A stretch of 64,000 nucleotides of DNA. Source: an uncultured Nitrospiraceae bacterium. GTDB lineage: Bacteria > Nitrospirota > Thermodesulfovibrionia > Thermodesulfovibrionales > UBA6898. Numbering within the stretch: the stretch's first letter is position 1; every line of letters starts with the position of its first letter. Shown here in pieces: positions 1 to 9,600 of this stretch. The position numbers and the translations under genes are program-made. The DNA lies in contig CAZDLA010000001.1 in the NCBI GenBank assembly GCA_964506525.1, forward strand, positions 155,047-219,046, given 5' to 3'. The notes below the pieces were generated by a model. The model made no database searches. It was not told the DNA's origin and was given only the letters and a program-made list of their open reading frames with translations.

Positions 1-450
1 GGCAATAAAAAGAAGGGAATCACCCAGCACCATCGTATCACCATTCTGAGCGGGCAATGCTTGTATTACTGAGTTATGCAGGCCAACGATAACCGCTACA
101 ATCGAGACAAGAAAGCCGGCAATCGGCCCTGATGCGCCGATATCCATAAGCGCATTTTTTGTGGTTATACTGGACCGCATTTTGATAAAAGCGCCAAGTG
201 TTCCGAACATGGTCGGGGCAGGTATGAAGTACGGCAGTGATGCCTCTATGCCATGATGCCGTGACGTCATGTAATGTGAAAACTCGTGAACAAGAAGTAT
301 CGAAAGCAGCGTAATGGAAAACGGCAAGCCTTGGGAAATATCCTGCGGGGCCTTTATAGGGTCAACTCCCGCATGGATGGCGCCGACTACGAGCGTTGAA
401 ACAAACGTGAGCAGAAAGAGAGAAAGATTAAGAAGAGGAAACCGCCTCAT
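1..450 (-). CDS. Site-2 protease family (M50) zinc metallopeptidase, N-terminal part (gene continues beyond left window edge)
   Basis: Manual translation of the minus strand from ATG at 450-448: MRRFPLLNLSLFLLTFVSTLVVGAIHAG...ILLVHEFSHYMTSRHHG...GPIAGFLVSIVAVIVG. The HExxH motif (HEFSH) lies inside hydrophobic segments, as in M50 peptidases. The start overlaps the rimO stop (ATGA). Not in the ORF track because it is truncated by the window edge. Confidence 0.7.
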   Translation of the reverse strand, partial: MRRFPLLNLSLFLLTFVSTLVVGAIHAGVDPIKAPQDISQGLPFSITLLSILLVHEFSHYMTSRHHGIEASLPYFIPAPTMFGTLGAFIKMRSSITTKNALMDIGASGPIAGFLVSIVAVIVGLHNSVIQALPAQNGDTMVLGDSLLFIA

Positions 451-1724
451 TCAATAACTGTCCCCTGCAGGTCATAGTCGAAAGCCTGATCGATCCTGAT
501 CTGAACGAACTCATGTTTCTTAAAACCCGATCCTTTCAAAAACACCACCCCATCGATTTCAGGTGCCTGGGAATAGATCCGTGCAATGCCGACACCATCA
601 TCTATCTCATCTACAAGCGCCCTGAAAACCCGGCCGATAAGACGCTTGTTCCTTTCAAGCGAAATAGACGACTGCACCTCCATGATCCTGTCGCGACGTT
701 TCGCCCGCACAGGTTTCGGCACCTGACCCTTCAGACTGTAAGCAGAACTTCCCTCTTCCCGGGAATACGTGAAGACACCTAGCATGTCTAATTTCACGCG
801 TTGCACAAAATCGAGCATAGCAGCAAAATCCTCTTCTGACTCCTGAGGGAAACCGGTTATCAGAGTACTCCTTAGTGCAACATCCGGCACGATCTCCCTG
901 ATCTTTTGTATAAGCTTCTCGTAATAATCTCTATTGCCTCCGCGCTTCATCAGCCTAAGGATTGTCTCTTCTGTGTGTTGTAGCGGTATATCAAGATATT
1001 TGCAGACCTTTTCCTCTGTCCTTATTGTTTCGAGGAGTTCATCCGTAATTGCGGTCGGATAGAGGTAGAGAAGGCGTATCCAGAAATCACCGCTGATCGA
1101 GGCAATATCCCTTATAAGACGCGAGAGGCCATATCCGTCAAGGTCCTTGCCATAAGCTGTAATATCCTGGGCAATAATGATGAGTTCACGCCGCCCTGCC
1201 CTGATCATCGCTTCTGCCTCTTTCAGTATCTCCTCAGGCATCCTGCTTCTGAAACTGCCGCGGATATCAGGGATAACACAGTAAGAACAGCCTCTGTCAC
1301 AGCCTTCCGCTATTTTGAGGTACGCATAGGCTGTATCAGAAAGTCGAATCTCAGTTTCGGTTGTATCCGACACTGTCAGGAAACTGGCGCAGTAATCAAC
1401 AATTTTATCGTCATCGCCAACACCGTAAAGCATATCGATCTCAGGGATCTCTCTTTTAAGTTCATCTCCAAACCTCTTGGCAAGACATCCGAAGACCACA
1501 AGCTTCCTGTTCCCTGGCTCCTTGCCCGCTGCCAGGTTAAGGATCTCTTCTATTGATTCCTTTTTAGCAGCATCGATAAATCCGCAGGTATTCACCAGAA
1601 GGAGGTCTGCCTGGTCACGGTCATCAGTGTAGGACAACCCCCTCGCAGCAAGCTTCTTCAGCAGGTTTTCTGAGTCAACCAGGTTCTTGGGGCAGCCGAG
1701 GCTTATTAGCGATATCTTAGACAC
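447..1724 (-). CDS. rimO: Radical-SAM methylthiotransferase, RimO-like (ribosomal protein S12 methylthiotransferase)
   Basis: 425-aa ORF. N-terminal MTTase motifs (ISLGCPKNLVDSE, VNTCGFI), radical-SAM CxxxCxxC (CDRGCSYC) and a C-terminal TRAM-like tail. Length and N-terminus fit RimO better than MiaB; this was not verified by search. Confidence 0.8.
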   Translation of the reverse strand: MSKISLISLGCPKNLVDSENLLKKLAARGLSYTDDRDQADLLLVNTCGFIDAAKKESIEEILNLAAGKEPGNRKLVVFGCLAKRFGDELKREIPEIDMLYGVGDDDKIVDYCASFLTVSDTTETEIRLSDTAYAYLKIAEGCDRGCSYCVIPDIRGSFRSRMPEEILKEAEAMIRAGRRELIIIAQDITAYGKDLDGYGLSRLIRDIASISGDFWIRLLYLYPTAITDELLETIRTEEKVCKYLDIPLQHTEETILRLMKRGGNRDYYEKLIQKIREIVPDVALRSTLITGFPQESEEDFAAMLDFVQRVKLDMLGVFTYSREEGSSAYSLKGQVPKPVRAKRRDRIMEVQSSISLERNKRLIGRVFRALVDEIDDGVGIARIYSQAPEIDGVVFLKGSGFKKHEFVQIRIDQAFDYDLQGTVIE

Positions 1725-2064
1725 GGTTCTTCTTCACCGTTCTGTATATGATGAAGTAACTGAGCACTGCAGACACAGTGCCGAGAACTGTTGTTCCCAA
1801 AAGAAATGGCATAAGCAGAGGCCCCATGGTATGGAGAAGTTCCTTCAGGGACAGATGAGCCCAATCAATGTCCGGGATGATATGATTCACGGCAAGGAGC
1901 TTTGCACCGATCCAGATACCGAGCGAATAGATCGGCACAATGGTCCATGGATTGGTCACGTAGATGCCAACAATGCTCACAAACTTATTCAGCCTAAAGA
2001 CCCATGCAACAAGAAGACCGAGCACCGTGTGCAGACCAATGAGCGGAGACATGCCGATAAACAC
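1717..2064 (-). CDS. DUF2062-family small membrane protein (start uncertain)
   Basis: Hydrophobic 115-aa ORF (GMSPLIGLHTVLGLLVAWVFRLNK...) resembling DUF2062. The reading frame stays open upstream to about 2190 and encodes a conserved-looking SPHRIALAFSVGVF segment, but with no ATG/GTG/TTG upstream of the GTG at 2064. Confidence 0.55.
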   Translation of the reverse strand: MFIGMSPLIGLHTVLGLLVAWVFRLNKFVSIVGIYVTNPWTIVPIYSLGIWIGAKLLAVNHIIPDIDWAHLSLKELLHTMGPLLMPFLLGTTVLGTVSAVLSYFIIYRTVKKNRV

Positions 2065-2128
2065 ACCGACAGAGAATGCCAGAGCTATTCTGTGAGGCGA
2101 TTCTTTAATGGTGAGGATCTGCCTGAAC

Positions 2129-3115
2129 TTATCCCTGAGATGAGAAATGCTGGTACCCCCGTGCGGAGACTTGTATTTGTTTGCCCTTATCGTCTATGAC
2201 CGAGATTCCCGAACGCGTAATTTCACCGATGCAAAAGGCCTTAATCTCTGCTTTTGCTGGAGCGGTGAAAAGGAGTTCATAATCCTCGCCGCCGCCCAAG
2301 GCAAGATCAAGTGCTGAAATCCCCATGCATGCCGATACCTCTTTCATCTCGTCCGAAACAGGTATGTCAGCGGCACGGATTCGTGCGCCAACGCCGCTCG
2401 CCTTGCAGAGCCGAGATAGATCAATTAATAAACCATCGCTGATATCAATCATCGCAGTAGCAACGCCTGATATTCCCTTCGGATTTCTGGCAAGCGGCAG
2501 CAGATGTCTTTTGAGCATGGGCGCAGCAACATCCCACGACACAGGCAGACCTTTTCTTTTGCGCTTCGAAAAATCGATCGTCCTGCACAAATTCTTGAGC
2601 ATTGCCAGCCCACAGGCTGAATCACCGACCGTACCGGTCACGTAGATCCGGTCGCCAACACGGGCTCCCATTCGTTTCAGGATTTTCCCGCCTGTTCCCA
2701 CTGCAGTAAGAGAAAGCATAATTCTGTCTGCAGAGGATATATCGCCGCCAACAAGGCTTACATTGTAGCTCTTCAGTGCTTCTTCAACGCCATCGAAGAA
2801 TTGGTCAAAAAATGCCGTCGTACTGTCTGCGTGCGCCGAGAAGTTCAGGAGAACATATTGAGGCCTGCCGCCCATAGCGAAAATGTCGCTGATATTTACT
2901 GACACCAGCTTGAACCCTAACTGAAAAGGAGTTATCCATGACAGATCAAAATGCACGCCTTCCACCATCATATCTGTGGTAAGCAGAACATTTTGTCCGC
3001 TTCTGATCACAGCAGCATCGTCGCCAATGCCGACTATAACGCCCGGAAATCTCTTCCCAAATCGCTTTTTGAGAATCTCAAGAAGAGAGAGCTCTCCTGC
3101 CTGAGAGATCTTCAT
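2129..3115 (-). CDS. thiL: Thiamine-monophosphate kinase
   Basis: 328-aa ORF with an AIR-synthase-like fold signature: IGDDAAV, TTDMMVEGVHF, NISDIFAMGG, LVGGDIS, YVTGTVGDSA. Confidence 0.85.
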   Translation of the reverse strand: MKISQAGELSLLEILKKRFGKRFPGVIVGIGDDAAVIRSGQNVLLTTDMMVEGVHFDLSWITPFQLGFKLVSVNISDIFAMGGRPQYVLLNFSAHADSTTAFFDQFFDGVEEALKSYNVSLVGGDISSADRIMLSLTAVGTGGKILKRMGARVGDRIYVTGTVGDSACGLAMLKNLCRTIDFSKRKRKGLPVSWDVAAPMLKRHLLPLARNPKGISGVATAMIDISDGLLIDLSRLCKASGVGARIRAADIPVSDEMKEVSACMGISALDLALGGGEDYELLFTAPAKAEIKAFCIGEITRSGISVIDDKGKQIQVSARGYQHFSSQG

Positions 3116-3125
3116 AGTAGAAAAA

Positions 3126-5486
3126 TCAGGATTTCTTCTTGGCCTTAAGAGCCGCTTTCAAGACCTGATCCATGGTCTCGGCAAAGATAAACTCCATATC
3201 CTTTTTGATATACTTCGGGATATCTTCAAGGTCCTTCTTGTTGCGCTTCGGCAGGATGATCTTCATGATGCCCATGCGCTTGGCTGCAAGGGTCTTTTCC
3301 TTCAACCCGCCGATCGGCAGCACCCTGCCCCTGAGCGTAACTTCGCCGGTCATCGCAATGTTCTTGTTAACTGGCCTGCCATTAAATACCGAAGCTATGG
3401 CAGTAGCTATCGTGATGCCGGCGGAAGGCCCATCCTTGGGTATTGCGCCAGCAGGTACATGAATATGGACATCAGTCTTAGCAAAGATGTCATCCTTGAT
3501 TCCGAGCAGCTTTGCGGTTGACCTGACATAGCTCAGCGCTGCCTGCGCAGATTCCTTCATGACATCTCCTAACTGTCCGGTCAGTGTAAGATTGCCCCTG
3601 CCCTTCATGGTGGTCGCTTCAATATAGATGATATCTCCACCGGCTTCTGTCCAGGCAAGTCCTGTGGAGACACCGACCTCATCCTTTGCCATCTCCTCTT
3701 CAGGAAGATACTTCGGCACACCAAGGAAACCATGAAGATTTTTGGCTGTTGCAATAAACTTCTTCTCCTTGCCTTCAGCGATCCTCTTCGCCACCTTCCT
3801 GCAGAGATTTGCTATCTCACGCTCAAGATTGCGTACACCAGCCTCACGCGTATACTGAGATATGAGCAGGTTCAGTGCCTGGTCAGTGATGGAAAGTATT
3901 GTACTGGTCAGGCCGTGCTCCTCAAGCTGCTTTGGCAGCAGATATTTCTTGGCAATACCGAGCTTCTCCTCAGTGGTATACCCTGAGAGATATATTATTT
4001 CCATCCTGTCCCTGAGCGGGCCCGGTATCGTGTCGGCAAGATTGCCTGTTGTGATGAACATGACTTTGCTCAGATCAAATGGCACTGACAGATAATGGTC
4101 AGCAAAGGCAAAGTTCTGCTCAGGGTCAAGCACCTCAAGCAGCGCTGATGAGGGATCTCCGCGGTAATCCATACCGATCTTATCGATCTCATCGAGCATA
4201 AAGAGCGGATTGTTCGAGCCTGCAGTCTTGATACCCTGGATGATCCGGCCCGGCAGTGCACCTACATAGGTACGCCTGTGGCCGCGAATCTCAGCCTCAT
4301 CACGAACACCGCCAAGAGACATGCGCACGAACTCTCTGCCTAATGCCCGTGCAATAGACCTGCCTAATGATGTCTTGCCAACACCCGGAGGTCCGATAAA
4401 ACAGATGATCGGCCCTTTCGTCTTTTCCTTGAGTTTGCGCACGCTGAGATATTCGAGGATCCTCTCCTTCACCTTTTCGAGATCATAGTGATCGTCATTG
4501 AGAACCTTCTTGGCCGCCTTGATATCAAGGTTATCCTTTGTGCTCTTTGACCAGGGAAGCTCCACGAGCCAGTCCAGATAAGTCCTGATCGTTCCGGATT
4601 CTGCGCTATCAGGATGCATCTTCTCCAGCCTCTTGAGCTGCTTCTCAGATTCCTTCAGGACCTTTTCAGGCATCTTTGCGTCAGCTATTTTTTGCCTGAA
4701 CTCTCTGATCTCCTCAGCCCGCTCATCAAAATCACCAAGCTCCTTCTGGATGGCCTTAAGCTGTTCTCGCAGGAAGTATTCGCGCTGCGTTTTATCGATT
4801 TCTCCCCTGGCCTCTGACTGTATCTTCTGCTGCACGATCAGGAGCTCAATCTCATGACCAAGAATGTCGCTCACCCGCTTCAGTTTCTTGATGGGATCTG
4901 CAAGCTCCAATATTTCCTGGGCCTGCTCTGTCTTCAGCCCGAGATTGGATGCCACGAGGTCTGCAAGCCTTCCCGGTTCATCAAGGTTCTCGATCACGAC
5001 CATAATGTCAGGGAGTATTGTCTTGCCATAAGAGACCGCCTTATCAAGCTGCTCCTTGACAGTGCGGATCTGGGCCTCTTCCTCGATGGTGACCGTTGCC
5101 GGCTTTGCATCTTCTATCTTGGTGATTTCAGCCTCCATGTAAGGTGTCGCACGCAGAAACTTCTTCACCTTTGCCTTTGACAGACCCTGCACCAAGATCT
5201 TCACCCTGCCGTCCGGCAGTTTGAGCATCCTCATGATCATACCTACCGTGCCGCTCTCATACAGGTCAGCAGCAGTTGGATTTTCAATGCTCATGTCTCT
5301 CTGTGTGAGCAGAAGGATCATCCGGCTTTCAGCAAGCGCCTGCTCGATAGCCTTGATGGACATCTCCCTCCCAACGAAAAGGGGAATGATCATATAGGGA
5401 AAGACCACGATATCCCTGACCGGCAGCACCGGTATGATCTCAGGGATCTCGGTCTCTTTATCGTTATCTTTTACTTTCTCCGCCAT
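3126..5486 (-). CDS. lon: ATP-dependent Lon protease
   Basis: 786 aa. N-terminal LON substrate domain ([22 protein letters not shown]), Walker [10 protein letters not shown], and a C-terminal protease domain with the catalytic-Ser motif PKDGPSAG. Confidence 0.95.
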   Translation of the reverse strand: MAEKVKDNDKETEIPEIIPVLPVRDIVVFPYMIIPLFVGREMSIKAIEQALAESRMILLLTQRDMSIENPTAADLYESGTVGMIMRMLKLPDGRVKILVQGLSKAKVKKFLRATPYMEAEITKIEDAKPATVTIEEEAQIRTVKEQLDKAVSYGKTILPDIMVVIENLDEPGRLADLVASNLGLKTEQAQEILELADPIKKLKRVSDILGHEIELLIVQQKIQSEARGEIDKTQREYFLREQLKAIQKELGDFDERAEEIREFRQKIADAKMPEKVLKESEKQLKRLEKMHPDSAESGTIRTYLDWLVELPWSKSTKDNLDIKAAKKVLNDDHYDLEKVKERILEYLSVRKLKEKTKGPIICFIGPPGVGKTSLGRSIARALGREFVRMSLGGVRDEAEIRGHRRTYVGALPGRIIQGIKTAGSNNPLFMLDEIDKIGMDYRGDPSSALLEVLDPEQNFAFADHYLSVPFDLSKVMFITTGNLADTIPGPLRDRMEIIYLSGYTTEEKLGIAKKYLLPKQLEEHGLTSTILSITDQALNLLISQYTREAGVRNLEREIANLCRKVAKRIAEGKEKKFIATAKNLHGFLGVPKYLPEEEMAKDEVGVSTGLAWTEAGGDIIYIEATTMKGRGNLTLTGQLGDVMKESAQAALSYVRSTAKLLGIKDDIFAKTDVHIHVPAGAIPKDGPSAGITIATAIASVFNGRPVNKNIAMTGEVTLRGRVLPIGGLKEKTLAAKRMGIMKIILPKRNKKDLEDIPKYIKKDMEFIFAETMDQVLKAALKAKKKS

Positions 5487-5511
5487 TGCTTCTCCTTATG
5501 CATTTCTTGAA

Positions 5512-6390
5512 TTAATGTTTAAGCTTTTTGGCAACTTCAAGCAGATATTTCCCGAAGTCCTTTGCAAGCTCCTTATTCTTGAGGGCAAAATCCACGGTTG
5601 CCTTGAGATAACCAAGCTTGTCGCCCGCATCATACCGTCTGCCTTCAAAAAGATATCCGTATACAGGCCTTTTCTGAAGCAGCACACTAATGGCATCTGT
5701 CAGCTGAATCTCCCCGCCTTTGCCGGGCTTAATCTTAGCGAGAATATCAAAGATGTCAGGGGTCAGTATGTACCGACCGATGATAGCCATATTGGAAGGC
5801 GCATTTTCAGGATCAGGTTTTTCAACAAGGCTGTTGATCCTGAAGACATTGTCCCGCTCCTTCGCACCGCTGATGATTCCATACCGATTGACTTCATGAT
5901 TCGGCACCCGTTCCAGCGCAAGTATCGGACTCTTCAGTTTTCGGTATAATTTGATCATATCAAGAAGCAGCGGCTCTTCAGGGGGAATAATGTCATCGCT
6001 CAGAATGACCGCAAAGGGCTCGTCTTTCACATAAGGTTTAGCGCAAAGGATAGCATGACCGAGGCCGAGAGCATATCCCTGCCGGATATAGGCAATATTG
6101 ATCTCGCTCAGCCTGTTGATCTCCGCAAGAAGCTTTTCCTTACCGCTCTTCTTGAGTTTATCTTCAAGCTCAAAGGCATAGTCAAAATGGTCCTCAATAT
6201 TCCTCTTGTGCTTGCCCGTAATGATGATAAACTCCGAGATATCGCATGCTATAGCCTCTTCAACGCCATACTGGATCATCGGCTTGTCCACGATCGGCAG
6301 CATCTCTTTGGGAGAAGCCTTGGTTGCAGGAAGAAACCGTGTCCCAAGTCCGGCTGCAGGAAAAATCGCCTTTTTTATATCATCTGACAT
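5512..6390 (-). CDS. galU: UTP--glucose-1-phosphate uridylyltransferase
   Basis: 292 aa. N-terminal nucleotidyltransferase motif PAAGLGTRFLPATKASPKEMLPIVDKP and a GalU-type body (VEKP, IGRYILTP). Confidence 0.9.
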   Translation of the reverse strand: MSDDIKKAIFPAAGLGTRFLPATKASPKEMLPIVDKPMIQYGVEEAIACDISEFIIITGKHKRNIEDHFDYAFELEDKLKKSGKEKLLAEINRLSEINIAYIRQGYALGLGHAILCAKPYVKDEPFAVILSDDIIPPEEPLLLDMIKLYRKLKSPILALERVPNHEVNRYGIISGAKERDNVFRINSLVEKPDPENAPSNMAIIGRYILTPDIFDILAKIKPGKGGEIQLTDAISVLLQKRPVYGYLFEGRRYDAGDKLGYLKATVDFALKNKELAKDFGKYLLEVAKKLKH

Positions 6391-6549
6391 ATTTGTACCC
6401 CATAATGAAATTTCTTAATTATACCATAGATGAACAGGGGGATTTGGTTACTGGGCAAAATGGAATGCCAGCCATTCCTGCAACTCACTAATCCGTAAAA
6501 AAGCATCTTGAGGTTTTCACTACAACTATTTAGTCTTACGGAAAAAGAT

Positions 6550-6589
6550 TGACAAAAAGAAGGCAGGAGTTGCCTGTCAACTCCTGCCT
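6550..6589 (-). terminator. Rho-independent terminator downstream of the giant ORF
   Basis: Perfect 11-bp stem AGGCAGGAGTT / AACTCCTGCCT (6561-6571 / 6579-6589) with a 7-nt loop. On the minus strand it is followed by TCTTTTTGT. It sits 25 nt after the stop codon at 6614. Confidence 0.65.
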
Positions 6590-6613
6590 GGCTAAAGCTC
6601 AGCGCACTGAGCC

Positions 6614-9600
6614 TTAAGGCACAATCGTAAATGCCTCATCACTTGCATCAGAAGTCAGGGTTAAGCCCTTTGAATCCTTCAGCACAATCCTCACCTTACA
6701 GGTTGTCGGTGTTACTACCGTCGGCACTGTCCAGTCATAGAGACCGGGATTGCCCGTTATAGTTATAGCCGGTCCTGCAGGAGCGCATGGTGCTCCTGCA
6801 TTGGTGATGAATTCCACTGCTGCAGACGTTGGCGGCTTCTTCAGCGTGGCGGTATCCCAGAGAACCCGATACACTCTGCCTGATTTGAGATGTTCTCCAC
6901 CATTAGGATACATAAGCCAGACCAGATACATGCTGAAGGGGTCTGAGGTGTCTTCACCTATGACCCCTCTTGAAGCGTTGTATGCCGTTATCTTGAACTG
7001 CATGTTGTCCAGATTGGTCGCAGGGGCCTTCTTCATGCTCCAGCTGAATGAGGTGCCGGTGGATGTCTTTGGCAACTTGATCGCTGTCCATGCTCCTCCG
7101 CTGCCGTAGGATAGCCCTATGCTTGCGACTGTGGGGTCTTTTTCCCATCTGACCGTGTAAGGGGTTCCTGCTTTTATGTGCTCCCCTCCGGTCGGGCTCA
7201 GGAGTCTTACTATCGCAGGGGCTGATGGTGTGTATTCATATGCTCCCATGTCTGGTGCTATGCCCTTGGGTCTGGTTACACCAAGGATATCGTCTGCAGG
7301 TGCCCCTGAGGCTGTGCCTTTGTCTATACAGGGGGATATGGCATCAAGCCGGTAGTCATGGCCTGCAGTATTGAGGAACTCTGGGTCATAGCTGGTATTG
7401 CTGCCAAGGTTGGTGTATGTGCCGTTTCCTATGTTTGAGTTCTGTGCTCTTATCAGAGCGGTTCCACCGGTTGATGCACTGGAGTAGACGTCTGGACCAT
7501 TGGGGTCTGTATTGCCCCAGTTGATGTCGTTCTTCTCTGTTATGGTTACAGATCCTGAGCTTGAGGCTGTGGCATGTATGCCTCCGCCAGCTGTACCAGG
7601 GGTTGCTGTGTTGTCTGTAAGGGTGTTGTTGACCATGTTGACGGTTACAACGCTTCCTGTACCTGTTGCCGTTGCCTTGATGCCACCGCCGCTGTCGGTG
7701 GCGTTGTTGCCTATGATAAGGCAGTTCTGTATGGAAAGATTGATGGTTGCACTGCCTGAGGCTGAGGCATGGATGCCTGCACCGTCATCTGCACTGTTTG
7801 ATGAGATGATACAGTTTGAGAGGCTGATATCTGCCAAGCCTGAAGCAGGGGCGATGTTCATACCGCCGCCTGTAGAAGCATCCCCGTTGAAGAGAGTGAG
7901 GTTGTCGATGGTTACTGTGGCACTGGTTGTTATTGAGAGGACACTGCCTTCCCCGACTCCGTCGTTGTCCGTATCGCCATTGAGGATGGTGATACCTGGG
8001 TCTGCTGTCTGCGTGGTGAAGGTGTTGTTCCAGCCGCCAGAGAGATTCAGGGACTTGTTGAGAAGGATGTTCTGACGATAGGTGCCTTGGGCGATTCTCA
8101 GGGTATCACCAGAACCGGAAGCATCTATACCCTGCTGAACGGTCTGATAGTCGCAACCTAATGCGCAGACAGTTCTTTCTGTCCGGCTGTCATACGTCCT
8201 GCTCAGCTGCGATGCTGCTGTGTTGCCGTTGCTTGCAGCATCAACTGCCACTCCTGCTGCCACGTCGACTGTCACTGCTCCATTGCCTGCAGGTGTTACA
8301 TTGAACGTATAGGTCGTTCCACTACCGCTGAATCCACTGATCGAACCATTGCCTAATGTGACATCCCCACTCACAAACCCTGTAACTATCTTGCTGAAGG
8401 TCACTGTCACAGGTATTGGTGAGACATTCGTCGGATTGGCAGCTGATGAGGTTATCGTTACCGAAGGCTGAGCACTGTCATACGTCCTGCTTAGTTGCGA
8501 TGCTGCTGTGTTGCCGTTGTTGGCAGCATCAACTGCCACTCCTGCTGCAACATTCACTGTCACTGCTCCATTGCCTGCAGGTGTTACGTTGAACGTATAG
8601 GTCGTTCCGCTTCCACTGAATCCACTGATCGAACCATTGACCACGGTAACGTCGCCAGATACAAAATCGGTCACCGTCTCGCTGAAGGTCACGGTCACAG
8701 GTATTGGTGAGACATTCGTCGGATTGGCAGCTGATGAGGTTATTGTTACTGAAGGCTGAGTACTGTCATACGTCCTGCTCAGCTGTGATGCTGCTGTGTT
8801 GCCGTTGCTTGCAGCATCAAGCGCCACTCCTGCTGCCACGTCCACCGTTACCGCTCCATTGCCTGCAGGTGTTACGTTGAACGTATAGGTCGTTCCACTT
8901 CCACTGAATCCACTGATCGAACCATTGCCCACGGTAACATCCCCAGATACAAACCCTGTAACTGCCTCGCTGAAGGTCACTGTCACAGGTATTAGCGAGA
9001 TATTCGTCGGATTAGCAGCCGATGAGGTTATGGTTACTGAAGGTGCCACGGTATCAGAAGTCGTCAGATTGAAGTCTGTCTTTATACTATCCTCTTCTGC
9101 CAGATAAAATGACTCTGTCCTGCTGCCATATCCGGTGGCTGTAACATTGATATTGCACTGGCCTGATGCAACACCTTTTATATAGTAGCCATTCGGCGGC
9201 AAAACAGGCACGGTGATACCGTTTATCGTTACGATCGCATTGAGCAGAGGCTGATTCGTCAGCGCATCACGCAGATATCCGTAAACAAGTCCGCCCGTCG
9301 CATTTGTGTACGTAATCCTGAACCTGTTTGCATTGGAGCTCGTCACTGACATGCCCTTGTTGTCTATGGCCTCGACTTCCCAGTGATAATATTCGTTGAA
9401 TCTGAACAAGTCTGTTCCGTCAGCCCTCAGCTCCTTTGTTCCGTCCAGGGTAAACCACTCCCACCTGATCTGCTCATACCTCATGATCTCTGGGCCTTTG
9501 AACCCTGCATTGTCTTCATAGATTTTTATGGTATACGTCACAATATCTGCAACATCAGGGTCTGTGGACTTTGTCCATAAAAACGCCATGAGGCCGTCCG

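Noticed and set aside
7500-8075. Numerous 60-190-aa ORFs on the plus strand or in other frames across 6.7-26.5 kb (e.g. 7500-8075, 19723-20211, 22287-22838).
   Set aside because: All lie inside the 19.6-kb minus-strand ORF, whose translation has clear domain structure. Their products are low-complexity mirror translations of repetitive coding sequence, with no RBS or motif support.
8186-9049. Regular repeats considered as a possible CRISPR array.
   Set aside because: The period is 288 bp with no unique spacers, and the repeats are in-frame protein-coding Ig-like domains within a long ORF. No CRISPR-like short repeat-spacer array occurs anywhere in the window.
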